DNA from: a virus
Lineage: Duplodnaviria > Heunggongvirae > Uroviricota > Caudoviricetes
Length of the DNA stretch: 64,000 nt
Direction: 5' to 3' (one strand)
IMG/VR virus record: IMGVR_UViG_3300009285_000002
The notes under the pieces were generated by a model. That model worked only from the letters and a program-made list of their open reading frames with translations. It did no database searches and was not told the DNA's origin. Within the stretch, counting starts at the first letter, position 1. Each line of letters begins with the position of its first letter. The position numbers and the translations under genes are program-made. Shown one piece after another: positions 1-11,000 of the stretch.

Positions 1-1530
1 AATAAGTATGGAGCGCAGGTAGTATCTAACGGCGGTGGTTGGCCAAATGTACAGGATGCAAAGCATCGTTCTAATGAGATGTGGTATTCTAATGGTAAGT
101 GCATGCAAACCCCATCGTACATAAAAGACAATAGACCTTATATTAATATCTCTGAGTCCGGTAATGTCTCAGTATCTAATAACAGCAGAGTTATGCCCGG
201 TATTTTTAATGCGTTGGGCTATGACCGTATTCTACTATGGAATGGGGTATTTAATAGCGCTATATCTGAGCTTACCGTAAAAGATGCTAGAACTGGTTCT
301 GGTGTAACCGCAGATGGGAAGCTAGTTTTACTATCCGCAGAGGGCAATGATGTGCGTAATATCGGCCTTACGTTCCCAGAAATGGCTAGTATCCTAAAAG
401 AATTTGGGGTGGTTAATGGTGGAAATAACGATGGCGGTTCGTCAAGTGCCATTATAAATACTGCAGTGTCGAACACCGTATTATTTGAGGGTTCGGATGG
501 ACACGAGGCGCCAGTAATAAATCACTTTATCGTTTATGCAAATGTATTGGATATTCCTATAGAAACAACTGATGACCCGGTTGTAGTTGAAACAGGCATT
601 AGAAAATATGTGGTTGTGCGTGACATCAAACCACGTCCAAACCCTTCCATATCTGGTGGAAGTAGACAGGATATAAAGGCAGGTTACGTTTTTGAAAGCT
701 CAAATATTCAACCCGGGCTTCCACCACCTACAGAGTTTGTAAGGCTGACAGATGGTGATTGGCTACCTTTAGTGTATAAAGGTGTTGAATATGTCAAAAA
801 GGCCGGTTTAGCTACTCCTACACCTACAGCACCCACTGGAAGGTTGGCGGTAGTTTTATCTTCATATGATAAGACTGGGCTATCCAGAGCTACTGTAAAT
901 AACTCCCCTGCTAAAGCACGTGGAATTCCAGACCCAGTGCAGTACGAGGGGACAAACAATGACGAGAATAAACCAGTAATCCTAACCGAAAGACTGCAAT
1001 GGTTTTGGTACAACGCTTGCGTAGCAAAGACTCCTTGGCTTTCTGATGCACAGCATAAAGCATCCTTCAACAGCCTTACAACTAATGATAGATACATCAC
1101 CAATGGGCACGGGTCTAATTCCCTGCGTGTCTATCCTACAGGTAAAAACTCAACCAAAAAAGATATGCAGTATTTCACACTTCTAACCAGTCACGCAATA
1201 ATTGAGATAGCTGGAGAGCATAAATTCTGGGCGAAGTCCTGGAAAACTCCATTCTACGTGATAGACGCAAGCAAGTCGGTTGAAGAATTCACACCAGAAG
1301 CCTACCCATATCGTTGGTACAGACCACTGAATTCTTGCAGGGAGCGATTGTACGATAGTAGAAAGAGATTTATAGGCTATGATGAGCATGTTGAAGAACC
1401 GTTTCCGCAATTCAATGAGCAAGCAATTGTACCGATGTTCATGCCAAATACTAACATCGCATGGATAGAAGATGATGCGATAAGAGTGCTCGAAGAAAAC
1501 GAAGCATTACCATACCCATTTACTAGGTAG
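1..1530 (+). CDS. 5'-partial protein, possible phosphodiester glycosidase (NAGPA-like) domain
   Basis: Frame is open from nt 1 with no upstream stop, so the gene continues left of the window. A GGNNDGGSSSA motif and its surrounding context resemble the DGGSS signature of phosphodiester glycosidases. Confidence 0.4.
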   Translation, partial: NKYGAQVVSNGGGWPNVQDAKHRSNEMWYSNGKCMQTPSYIKDNRPYINISESGNVSVSNNSRVMPGIFNALGYDRILLWNGVFNSAISELTVKDARTGSGVTADGKLVLLSAEGNDVRNIGLTFPEMASILKEFGVVNGGNNDGGSSSAIINTAVSNTVLFEGSDGHEAPVINHFIVYANVLDIPIETTDDPVVVETGIRKYVVVRDIKPRPNPSISGGSRQDIKAGYVFESSNIQPGLPPPTEFVRLTDGDWLPLVYKGVEYVKKAGLATPTPTAPTGRLAVVLSSYDKTGLSRATVNNSPAKARGIPDPVQYEGTNNDENKPVILTERLQWFWYNACVAKTPWLSDAQHKASFNSLTTNDRYITNGHGSNSLRVYPTGKNSTKKDMQYFTLLTSHAIIEIAGEHKFWAKSWKTPFYVIDASKSVEEFTPEAYPYRWYRPLNSCRERLYDSRKRFIGYDEHVEEPFPQFNEQAIVPMFMPNTNIAWIEDDAIRVLEENEALPYPFTR

Positions 1531-1601
1531 ACTGCTGCAGACGTAACACACTGCACGTCATAGGATTAATTTTTAGGAATTTATAATAAAGGAGATTTTA
1601 A

Positions 1602-2804
1602 GTGGATAAAAAACTTAGGTGCTTGGTAGTATCAGATCTGGTCGCACCCACGGGCTTTTCTAGGGTTGCGCACAGCATTTTAGACAATCTTAAGGATAAG
1701 TATGATATAGTAGGTCTTGGAGTTAATTATAGGGGAGACCCGCATAACTATAACTTTCCAATTTATCCGGCTGGTATAGGCGGGCGTATATTTGGTGAGG
1801 ACAGACTAGCTACTATTTTAAATCACACCAAATTTGATATATTGTTCATAATAAATGACGCCTGGATAGTGCATAATTATCTGGAATTTATAAAGAGTAA
1901 CGTTAACGTTCCACTACCAAAAATAGTAGTATATTTTCCAGTAGATTCTAGAAATCACGATCCGTCTTGGTACAAGAATTTCGATATGGTATCAAGAGCA
2001 GTTACATATACTGATTTTGGTAGGTCTGTTGTAAATGATGTAGCTTGCTCACCTAATTTGAAACTGGATATTATACCTCATGGAGTTAACCAGGAAGTAT
2101 TTTACAAGAAGTTTACAAATAGAAAGGATGCAAAAAGATCCCTCCTATCTGGTGCAAAGAGTGACGATGGCTTTATATTTTTATCTGCTCACAGAAACCA
2201 ACCCAGAAAGCGCTTGGATATAACTCTGAACGCATTCAAACTATTCTCTGAAAATAAAAAAGACGTTATGCTGCATATGCACTGTGGAGTTAGGGACTCC
2301 CACATAGATGTAGCCAAGTTCTCACAGAGAATCGGTATAGATAATAAGCTTATACTCACGAACCTAAACGGTGGAGTTCAGGCTATTCCCGACAGCGCGC
2401 TTAATGATATATATAATTCAGCAGATGTGGGACTAAACTCAAGCATGGGCGAGGGATGGGGGCTTCCTAACATAGAGCACGCCATGACTGGGGCGCCACA
2501 AATAGTGCCAGACCATAGCGCCTGCTCGGAAATATATTCAGGGTGCGGTTTATTGGTGCCATCTGTAACTGACTTCACTTTTGATAATAGCATGACCATA
2601 GGTAAATTAATCTCTCCAGAAGGTCTGGCATCAAAAATGGAGCTGATATATAGCGATAAGGCGCTGTATAAGGAACTATCTGACAAGTCAATAAGTAAAT
2701 TTGCAGACCCTAAGTACTCATGGAAAAATATAAGTGACACTTGGGATAAGCTATTCTCAGAGGTACTATTAAGCAATGAACATAGTCTTTCCGGCCAACA
2801 CTAG
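1602..2804 (+). CDS. glycosyltransferase family 4-like
   Basis: GTG start preceded by an AAGGAG ribosome-binding site. The C-terminal EGWGLPNIEHAMTGAPQIV matches the GT4 E-x7-E retaining-glycosyltransferase motif. Confidence 0.55.
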   Translation: MDKKLRCLVVSDLVAPTGFSRVAHSILDNLKDKYDIVGLGVNYRGDPHNYNFPIYPAGIGGRIFGEDRLATILNHTKFDILFIINDAWIVHNYLEFIKSNVNVPLPKIVVYFPVDSRNHDPSWYKNFDMVSRAVTYTDFGRSVVNDVACSPNLKLDIIPHGVNQEVFYKKFTNRKDAKRSLLSGAKSDDGFIFLSAHRNQPRKRLDITLNAFKLFSENKKDVMLHMHCGVRDSHIDVAKFSQRIGIDNKLILTNLNGGVQAIPDSALNDIYNSADVGLNSSMGEGWGLPNIEHAMTGAPQIVPDHSACSEIYSGCGLLVPSVTDFTFDNSMTIGKLISPEGLASKMELIYSDKALYKELSDKSISKFADPKYSWKNISDTWDKLFSEVLLSNEHSLSGQH

Positions 2805-3234
2805 GGATGTAATTGAAGATATAATAGATGCTGTTGGAAGAGATGTCACCTTCTACACATCAACACTATCAGGGTGTTCGTACTCTGGAGACAGCCTAGA
2901 CCCAATTACTAACACATCTACAAACTCATTTTGTCCAGTTTGCAGCGGTGTGTGGTGGATACCTACATGGTCAAGCAACTATTTAAAGGCGCATGTAACT
3001 TGGAAGTATGCAGATCAGAGCGAATTTCATTCTGGTGGCTACGTGTTTATTGGCGATGGTACGGTAAAGATAATGTACTCAGGACCATATATGGATATTG
3101 TAAATAGCACTGAGTACATGGTTGTAGATGGAAAGCAAGCGGATATTCAGAAAGTAACACTTCTTGGTATACCATCCATAAATAGGATAATTCTAGATTT
3201 CAAAGAAAGGAGTAATGAGGATGACACAAACTAA
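2776..3234 (+). CDS. hypothetical protein
   Basis: ORF of 152 aa packed into the late block and overlapping the upstream stop. Confidence 0.4.
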   Translation: MNIVFPANTRDVIEDIIDAVGRDVTFYTSTLSGCSYSGDSLDPITNTSTNSFCPVCSGVWWIPTWSSNYLKAHVTWKYADQSEFHSGGYVFIGDGTVKIMYSGPYMDIVNSTEYMVVDGKQADIQKVTLLGIPSINRIILDFKERSNEDDTN

Positions 3235-3451
3235 GGCTATTCAGGAAGTAGACATTCTATCTGTTATAGGACAGGTAGGTAAGCGAAACAAAAAGATACA
3301 AGCAAAAATATTGCAAGAGCTTGAGAAGCACCTAGATAGAAACTCATCTGAATATGATGAGCTTAGGAAGTTTGTTTTGGATGAAGTAAATGGCTATACC
3401 CGTTCCATAATGAGAGATATATTTGGTGATATAGAGTATATGATTCCTTAG
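3215..3451 (+). CDS. hypothetical protein
   Basis: ORF of 78 aa with GGAG upstream, translationally coupled to its neighbour. Confidence 0.35.
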   Translation: MRMTQTKAIQEVDILSVIGQVGKRNKKIQAKILQELEKHLDRNSSEYDELRKFVLDEVNGYTRSIMRDIFGDIEYMIP

Positions 3452-3507
3452 CCTTATTTATTTAATATATTTCTAATGTATGGATGGTAAATAGGAGCTA
3501 AAACAGT

Positions 3508-4512
3508 ATGGAAGACGCATTACAAATCCTTAGTAAAACTATTTCAGACGCTAAGGCCGCTAAGACTAGCCTAAATGATGCTGTAGTAGCAAAAAAGTCC
3601 GTATTTGAAGCTATTAGTAATGTAAGGAAAGCCATTACAAACATTAGAAAGACGCAGCCAGACTTGGATTACGCAGTGGCACTGGAATCTACTTTGAGCG
3701 AGGCACCGTCAATATTAGCGGATGAAATTAAGGATGCGGTGACCAAGGCCCCAGAGTATGCTTATATAGCATTCTTAGGGCCACTTCTGGATGTGGCTAA
3801 AAATAAAGACTTGTATAAAGTGACCGCTGTTGGAACTGGATGGAACAGAAGTATAACGGTAAGTCTAGCGATGAATGAGGTGGCTGGAAGCATTGATGAC
3901 TACGCTGAGGCCGTTCAAGGAGCTAGAGCCACTTTAGGTGTTAAAGATTCAGATTCACGAGACGCGGTAAAAGCTTCGGACTTTTGGAGAAAGAAGGTAT
4001 ATCCGCATAAAGATGGCATATATGCAAAAACTATAAATCTCAGGCTTGCTATATCTGCTAGTCCAGCCCCATTTTGGAGCTTACTTAATGATGGTAGCAA
4101 AAATGTAAGTATGTCCTCAAGTATTGGCGGCACACCTTTTCCTAGCAGAGGTGGACATCATTTTGTGCAAAACACAGAGGAAAAGATAAGAAGGCTATTC
4201 GTCAGCACCTTTAGAAAGCTAAAGGAGCGCAGCATCGGTGTAGAAAATGGTTTATACGCATCTATAGAAGACGCCAACATTATTCTAGATAAACTTCAAA
4301 GAGAGATAGATAGAATGAGCGCAGATTCTGACTTGCTTTTAAACATAGCATCGGAGATTGGGGTTACAGTTGGACAGCTAAATGCAAGCAAGGTTTTAGT
4401 AGCCGCCAGTAGAATAAAAAGTGGCGATATGTTTACTACCAGGGTAGTTGTTGGCGATGGCATAAGGATAAGAACTAGGAAGTTTATAGCATTGCTTTCA
4501 GGCTATGATTAG
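3508..4512 (+). CDS. hypothetical structural protein
   Basis: ORF of 334 aa with an AGGAGC ribosome-binding site, sitting in the structural block. Confidence 0.45.
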   Translation: MEDALQILSKTISDAKAAKTSLNDAVVAKKSVFEAISNVRKAITNIRKTQPDLDYAVALESTLSEAPSILADEIKDAVTKAPEYAYIAFLGPLLDVAKNKDLYKVTAVGTGWNRSITVSLAMNEVAGSIDDYAEAVQGARATLGVKDSDSRDAVKASDFWRKKVYPHKDGIYAKTINLRLAISASPAPFWSLLNDGSKNVSMSSSIGGTPFPSRGGHHFVQNTEEKIRRLFVSTFRKLKERSIGVENGLYASIEDANIILDKLQREIDRMSADSDLLLNIASEIGVTVGQLNASKVLVAASRIKSGDMFTTRVVVGDGIRIRTRKFIALLSGYD

Positions 4513-4521
4513 GAGAGTATA

Positions 4522-4968
4522 GTGTATATAGAGAGAATCGAAGACCTTAGCGTGTATTATTTTGTAAGGGGGGCATTTCCAGAGTCAATGATAAGGGTCG
4601 AAGACGGTTTTCCGGACGGCCCTCTAACCATACCTACAATAGCTATAGAGGCGGGAAAGGTAGATGTAGTTGAGTTTGAGATGAGTAACAGGGTTGGTTT
4701 AAGAGTAAGAAACTGGTATATAGATATATATGCCAAGAATAAGTCACAAAGAGATGAGTTTGGATATAGGTTGTTGGATGTACTCAAAGACGGTGTTCCG
4801 GTGTATAATTATGATGAAGGTTTTCCTCCAGAAGTGTCACCAACTAAGATAGGGCACTTACAAGTGCTATCAAAGTCATATAATCCAATTAAAATTAACG
4901 CAGATGTGGTAGGTAAGTTATATTATAGGGCCACCATTTCTATAGTAACTCAGAATAATAAGGTGTAG
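4522..4968 (+). CDS. hypothetical protein, tail-completion candidate
   Basis: GTG-start ORF of 148 aa immediately before the putative major tail gene. Confidence 0.4.
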   Translation: MYIERIEDLSVYYFVRGAFPESMIRVEDGFPDGPLTIPTIAIEAGKVDVVEFEMSNRVGLRVRNWYIDIYAKNKSQRDEFGYRLLDVLKDGVPVYNYDEGFPPEVSPTKIGHLQVLSKSYNPIKINADVVGKLYYRATISIVTQNNKV

Positions 4969-5000
4969 ACTACGATCTACAACAAACGGAGGTTTAAATT

Positions 5001-6200
5001 ATGGCAAAACGTTTAGCCGTGCCAAGTAAAGAATTACAACTGAAGATAGTGGGCCCAAGAGATGCGTTTGTGGCATCGAGAGTTCAAAGCCTATCACTAT
5101 CCTCAACGCAACCATCCACTACTGTGGATGAATTGGGGAATCCATTACATGTGGGAGAAGTTAAAGACACTCCAGAAGTCACACTTTCATTTAGTGCTTT
5201 TGATGTTGGTATAAAGATCTTTGCTGCGCTAACCGGAACCAATCCGGCGGCATACCCAGGAGCCGGAGTTGACATCTCCAATCTTGGTGAGATTGACGCA
5301 GTAATGTATGTTAAAGATGCCGATGTGGCTGATTATGTTAAATCAATAAGTGGTAGACGCCTTCAAATTAGAGATTTTAAATTTGACTACACGGTTGATG
5401 GTGAATCTAAAGAAGATTATACAGCTATTGGCTCAGAAAGACGCTACCTTAAGTATGATGTGGTGGTTGATAAATTTACCACCGGTACCACATCATTCAC
5501 AGTATCGCAAACACCGATACAGCTTAAGAGCGGTAACTATGCTATTACAGTTACACTAGATGGTGACTATCTATTAGAAGTAACTGGAGCCCCTGCTACC
5601 GGAGAGTACCGGCTTGTTGGCACCACGCTGACAACCGGCGATTCAAGAACGTCACAGGTGCTGGTAGTGTACCACGCAAACCCAGCCGGCCTTAATTGGT
5701 CAGATGTTGGAGACGCATCTCTTCCAGTTGCGATCAAGGGTAGAGATGTTGATGTATCCATTGCTGCTAATGGCATAGCAAGAGTTCAATCGGTATCAAT
5801 TAATGGTAACTTGAATACCACACCAGTAAAAGAGCTTGGAACTAGGGTAGTTGTTGGGTATCAAAAGCAAGTTCCTACTGTTGAAGGGACGATAACCGTT
5901 CTAGACACCGATAATGATCTTATTTCATTACTAACTGACGGTATTATAGCTGGCAGCGGTGGAACAGTAGAGTGGGGGCCGGGAGATGAATGCACAGTAT
6001 CAGGTTTGGCATTAAAGATTGAACTTGGAGACCCGTGCGATACTGATGGGGCAATCACAGTATTGAAGACCGTTTATATCTCTGACATTACCATAGTCGG
6101 AGACTCATATACTTCCAACGTAAATAGCAATGCAACACAGACGTTTAATTTCAAGTCTGTTATGGGATCGTTGACAGTTTATTCGGGGTCAATGCCTTAG
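5001..6200 (+). CDS. putative major tail protein
   Basis: ORF of 399 aa with a GGAGG ribosome-binding site. Apart from the inserted endonuclease, it is the last structural gene before the chaperone and tape-measure pair, and its C-terminal third is beta-rich. Confidence 0.45.
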   Translation: MAKRLAVPSKELQLKIVGPRDAFVASRVQSLSLSSTQPSTTVDELGNPLHVGEVKDTPEVTLSFSAFDVGIKIFAALTGTNPAAYPGAGVDISNLGEIDAVMYVKDADVADYVKSISGRRLQIRDFKFDYTVDGESKEDYTAIGSERRYLKYDVVVDKFTTGTTSFTVSQTPIQLKSGNYAITVTLDGDYLLEVTGAPATGEYRLVGTTLTTGDSRTSQVLVVYHANPAGLNWSDVGDASLPVAIKGRDVDVSIAANGIARVQSVSINGNLNTTPVKELGTRVVVGYQKQVPTVEGTITVLDTDNDLISLLTDGIIAGSGGTVEWGPGDECTVSGLALKIELGDPCDTDGAITVLKTVYISDITIVGDSYTSNVNSNATQTFNFKSVMGSLTVYSGSMP

Positions 6201-6281
6201 TATATAAGGTAACATATTTTCGGTAATCGGGGGTGGGTATTAGTTCCTTCTAGTATCCATCCCTATTACATAAGGACGAGA

Positions 6282-6911
6282 ATGAAAATAAAACTAAATG
6301 GTATTAATTGTGAACTGTGTAAAAAGGAGTTTACTCCAAAAACAGTAACACAGCAATTTTGTAGTAGGCATTGCCAATCCAGTAATAAGAAGACTCAACC
6401 AGCATTTTATTCGGTAGAGTGCGATTGTAAGTGTGGTTGTGGGGGATTTGTTATGAATCCCGATACTCATTATAGGTACAGAAGGTTCATTCCTCAACAT
6501 GTAAATTCCGGCGGGACACACCCAAGACTTGGATACAAAGAGTCAGAAGAACATGTGTGCATGAGAATAAAGAAAGCGATGTCTAAGTCGGGAACAAAAA
6601 CCCCAACTTGTTTAGAGACGGAACTCTACGCTTATTTGGATTCCCGTGCAATTAGTTATGAGAGGCAGTATCGGGTTGGTAGGTTTATACCAGATGCCTA
6701 TATAGAAGAACTAAAACTCTGCATCTTTGCTGACGGTGGATATTGGCATAGTTTACCTGACGTAGCAGCAAGAGATAAAAGAGCCAATGATTACTTATAT
6801 GATTTAGGCTACAGTGTGGTACGTTTACCGGCTATCGGTAAAGGATACACATTAGATTTATCTAAGTTAATTAATCTTTTAAATAATAAAATAGCAATCG
6901 TAAGATTGTAG
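6282..6911 (+). CDS. DUF559/Vsr-like (PD-(D/E)XK) endonuclease, homing-endonuclease-like
   Basis: N-terminal Cys-rich zinc module (CELC...CSRHC). The C-terminal RFIPDAYIEELKLCIFADGGYWH...RDKRANDYLYDLGYSVVRL fits the DUF559 and very-short-patch-repair nuclease core. It is free-standing between tail genes and followed by a terminator. Confidence 0.5.
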   Translation: MKIKLNGINCELCKKEFTPKTVTQQFCSRHCQSSNKKTQPAFYSVECDCKCGCGGFVMNPDTHYRYRRFIPQHVNSGGTHPRLGYKESEEHVCMRIKKAMSKSGTKTPTCLETELYAYLDSRAISYERQYRVGRFIPDAYIEELKLCIFADGGYWHSLPDVAARDKRANDYLYDLGYSVVRLPAIGKGYTLDLSKLINLLNNKIAIVRL

Positions 6912-6924
6912 CATTAAAGGCATA

Positions 6925-6978
6925 GGACAGGGCTACAAGTTGTAATAGTAATATTACTATGTGGCCCTGTTTTTTATT
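6925..6978 (+). terminator. rho-independent terminator
   Basis: Long imperfect hairpin (CAGGGC...GCCCTG with an internal AGTAATATTACT palindrome) followed by TTTTTTATT. Confidence 0.5.
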
Positions 6979-7017
6979 AAATTATATATTAGGAAGTAAA
7001 GGATAAAGGAGTAACAA

Positions 7018-7749
7018 ATGTCTATAGTGAATGTTGAATTAAATGATGTTGACATCGCCCCACTTTTTGTTTGGAGCAAGGAATTTGAGGTTGTATGGGA
7101 CGATAACAGAGTTCCAGTATTTATGCGTATTCTAGGTGATGCAGATTTAAATAGATCTAGAGTCGCTGCGTTAAGAAAGAGCGCCGAACTAAGAAGACGA
7201 CTCAAGGATATAAACAGCGATGAGAGACTGGCGTTCATAAAGGATATAGATGATCTTAGCACCGATCAACTGACCGCAGTTATAGCGGTGTTCTCTATGA
7301 GGGAGCTATCAGAGAAGGCACAGGCTAAGATGAAAATAAAGGCGCCAAAGCAACCAAGATCGGATGCTAAAACATCGTCACATGAGAGGTATCAAGCTGA
7401 GGTTGATTCCTATCCAGATAGAAGGCAGAAGGAGCTCAGGAGTCTTTTAGAGACTGAAGTTAATAGTCTAAAAAAGGCATTGGAGTCTGAGACTAAGGAG
7501 TTTATCTATGGCAAATATGTATCAATAATGATAGATGAGATGTGTGAACAGGAGCTTCTAAGGGAGTTTAAGTCACAATGCTGCTATTATGGCTCGTTCA
7601 AAACGGAAGATCTTAGTGACAAGTTATTCTCATCATATGAAGAGTTTTCCAATCTACAATCCGATCTAAAACAGCAGTTCCTAGCTGAATATGCTAAGTT
7701 AGAGTTGAATGGAGAAGAACTAAAAAAATTGCAGCAAGTAACGCCATAG
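7018..7749 (+). CDS. tail assembly chaperone, G-like
   Basis: Sits directly upstream of the tape measure gene and is coiled-coil rich. It contains an internal slippery run. Confidence 0.5.
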   Translation: MSIVNVELNDVDIAPLFVWSKEFEVVWDDNRVPVFMRILGDADLNRSRVAALRKSAELRRRLKDINSDERLAFIKDIDDLSTDQLTAVIAVFSMRELSEKAQAKMKIKAPKQPRSDAKTSSHERYQAEVDSYPDRRQKELRSLLETEVNSLKKALESETKEFIYGKYVSIMIDEMCEQELLREFKSQCCYYGSFKTEDLSDKLFSSYEEFSNLQSDLKQQFLAEYAKLELNGEELKKLQQVTP

Positions 7750-8019
7750 CATCCATTTGGAGTATATCCAAAGCGTTACTTGTACCACTGGATCCCAGAA
7801 TAAAAACATTATCAGATACACCACATACCATATCCTATGTAATTAGAAAGAGGCAGCAATTGGATTCTCTTTCAGAAATTCCCAAGGAAAAGCAACCAAC
7901 CCTAGAAATTATTTGGGATGGAAGTCCGGAAGATTTGGATTCATGGTTGGAAACAGTATTCGATAGTAAACATAAAACAACTACAACTGATATTAACTTA
8001 TCAGAAGTTGAGGAATAAA
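7018..8019 (+). other. predicted -1 programmed-frameshift chaperone fusion (G-T-like)
   Basis: Seven consecutive A at 7722-7728 sit in frame as cta-aaa-aaa-ttg, giving an A_AAA_AAA slippery site. The -1 frame is open from 7698 to a TAA at 8017-8019, just before the tape measure start at 8027. Confidence 0.45.
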
Positions 8020-8026
8020 CTAAGCT

Positions 8027-11000
8027 ATGGCTAATGATCTTGAGAAAACAATTCAATTACTAGATGAGACTACAGATGCCGCCGTTAGAGCAAAGGTAAC
8101 TCTAGAGCAGCTTGTAACACAAATGATGAAGAACCCGTCTCAGACCGTGCAGCTTAACTATGCTGATGAGCTTCGACATATTATTTCTCTTGAAGAAAAG
8201 AGAATATCTTTAATGAAGCAGGCCAATAGCATTATGTCACAGAGCAGAGGTGGTGCTACCACATCAACTACTGGTGGCAATGCCACACGTGATTCTGATA
8301 GGGCAGGTCAATTACGTGGTGTTGTGGGAGGGGCCTCATCCGCACCGGCTTCTGGAGAAGCATCTCCTCAAGCTCTGGCACGATTTAATGCTGCCTTTGA
8401 TAATTTAAATAGAAACGCTACAGACACAAAAAGAGCGCAGCGCGAGGCTCTTGTAGCGCAGCTAAAGAAGGAAAGACAGGCTTGGTTAGACACTAACCAA
8501 GCTATGCTTGCTTACGCTAAAACACAGGGCATTGTAGATCCGCAAAAAGCATATAAAAGCACACTTTTAGGTGGGTCTAGTGGGGCCTATGATATATCCA
8601 CCTTCAAAGAAAGAAACGCTATGGGGGAGTGGAACACACTTAAAGTAAAATCTGATAAACAAGGGCAATTATCCAACTTGCAGCCACCAAAGGCGCAGCA
8701 ATCCTTTGCTCAGGGTATTACTAAGGACATTGGCGACCTATTAAAATGGTCAGTAGCTATTGCAGCTATTTATGGCCCAATTAATGCTATGTCTGAGGCC
8801 ATGACTCAACTTATTGAAAACGAGTCTAAATTAGCTGACGTGTCTGTCTTCCTTAGTGACGGTTTAGCTGGAACTGAAAAAGTATTTGGAACCGTTTCCG
8901 ATGCAGCTCAATCTTCTGGAGAGTCTATCTCAGGAGTTATTGATGCTTTTGGCGCAGCTTATACTGCTGCTGGTAGAATTACAGATGAGGTAGCTAGATA
9001 TGCTGCTGCATCTTCATTACTAAACGATGCTCTATCTCTTTCCAAGCTATCTACTTTGGATCAAGCTGGGGCTATTGATGTTTTAACAGCAGCTCTTTAT
9101 CAGACAGCAGAGGGTCAAGAAGAAGTATCCAAGAAATTAGGTAGACAGGCTACCCAATCAGACGTAGCTGCTAATGCTTTAAGTAACGGAAAGAATTTAC
9201 TTGACCAATGGGTCTTGGTTAGTAGGAGTGCTTCTGTATCAGTTGAAACTCTAGCTACTGGCGTAGCGGTTTTGGGAGATTCTGCTGAAACCGCTGGTTT
9301 AAGAGTAGAGCAAATGAACGCCATGATAGCTACTTTATCCGAAGTATCTCTATCTTCTGGTAAAGAAACAGCTAATATAGCTAAGGCTCTTATTGGTAAC
9401 TATCAACAAGAATCCGCTGTAAAAGAATTGAATCGTTTAGGTATCGCTGTAGTAGATACTACAGGTAAGACCAGACAGTTCATGGATGTTATGAAAGATG
9501 TTTATGCCCTAAGAAGTAGTAAGATTCTTGGGGATCAGGACTTTAACAGACTAACACTCGCTCTTGGTGGTGGTGGTATTCGTAGACAGAAGGACGTTGC
9601 CGCATTCATTGAAAATATGAATAGAATGGAGCAACTTACCAAGATTCAGGATGCAGGTGCTGGTGGGCAAACAGAGGCGGCTATGGCTAAGAAATTAGAC
9701 ACAGTTCAGACTTCTGCTACTCAATTGCAGAATGCCTTTGTAAGCCTAGCTCAGACTATGGGTACTGAGGGCGGATTGCTTGATATGTTCTCAGGTGCGG
9801 CTAAGGGAGCTACTTCACTTGTAAACGCTATTGATGCTATTTCTGGTGCGGTTGGTAAAGTTGGCCCATTATTAATGGCAGTTGGGGTTGGCTCTCTTCT
9901 TATGAAAGGTAGGGGTGGGGCTGCCGGACTACAATCCATGCTAATGAACAATCTAGGTATGGGTGGTATGAGTTCTGGTTTACTTACTGGAACAATTAAT
10001 CCCATACAAGCCGCACAACATAGAATGGGGTACTCTCCCTTTAGCACAACGGGTAGATTTGGAGCCGCTATTGGAAGGGCCACGACGGTACCAAGCGCCG
10101 CCGCAGTATTGGCTCCGGCGATGCAAAACCTTGCAGCAGGTGATACAGAGGAGGCTGGAGCTAATATAGCTGGAGGCATTGTTGGTGCTTTAGTAGCTGG
10201 CCCGGTTGGTGCATTGGTTGGTTCCGCAATTGCAGAGGCTTTTGTTAGAACTACCATGACTTACGATAAGAGCTTCGTCGATCTTTTTAGCGGAAAGAAT
10301 GCACCCGAAACCGATGAGGGAGGCTACGGTCTTGGAGTAACCAAGAAATCTTTAGAGGAGCTTACTGATCAAGCCTATAAAACTGTTGGGAGTTTGGACG
10401 CTTGGAATGAATTTGTTAACTCTACAACTGAAACAGCGGCTAACCCTAAAGAGAGGTGGGATGCTTTAGTAAGCGCATTTACCGGTAAATCAGATCTGAT
10501 TGGATCGGATAAAACCATAGGTGCCGCTGCCATGCGACTTCTTGAAAAGAAAGACCCAGAACAGGCTAAAGCTCTTAGACTTCGTATGGCAGAAGAGGGA
10601 TTGCAGCCAGAAGGCTACCAAACTAGACAGACCAAAGAGCAGATAGGATTATCCACTCCTGAAAGAATGAAAGAGTTAGGCTTCATGCAACAACAGGAAA
10701 TGGATAGACTAAAGGGTGGAGTTATTTCTGGCGATATTAAACAATCTGATTATGCAAATAGGTTAGCTTCACTATCTGCATTCTCTACAACTGCCACTGG
10801 ATGGATGGCAGCGGCTACCGATGAATCCGGTAAGCTTAACGATTCATTTAAATCCAATGAAGATGCTTATGAACAATTCCTATTAATTATGGGATCTGGT
10901 AATCAAGAAGCCATTAAGAACATAAATTCAATGGTAGCTGAGATGACCAAACTACAAGATATAATTGATAATTGGGATCCAAATACAGCAGTTGGAGTGA

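Noticed and set aside
7835-8056. Minus-strand ORF overlapping the chaperone frameshift extension and the tape measure start
   Set aside because: It lies antisense to the predicted frameshift window and has no ribosome-binding site.
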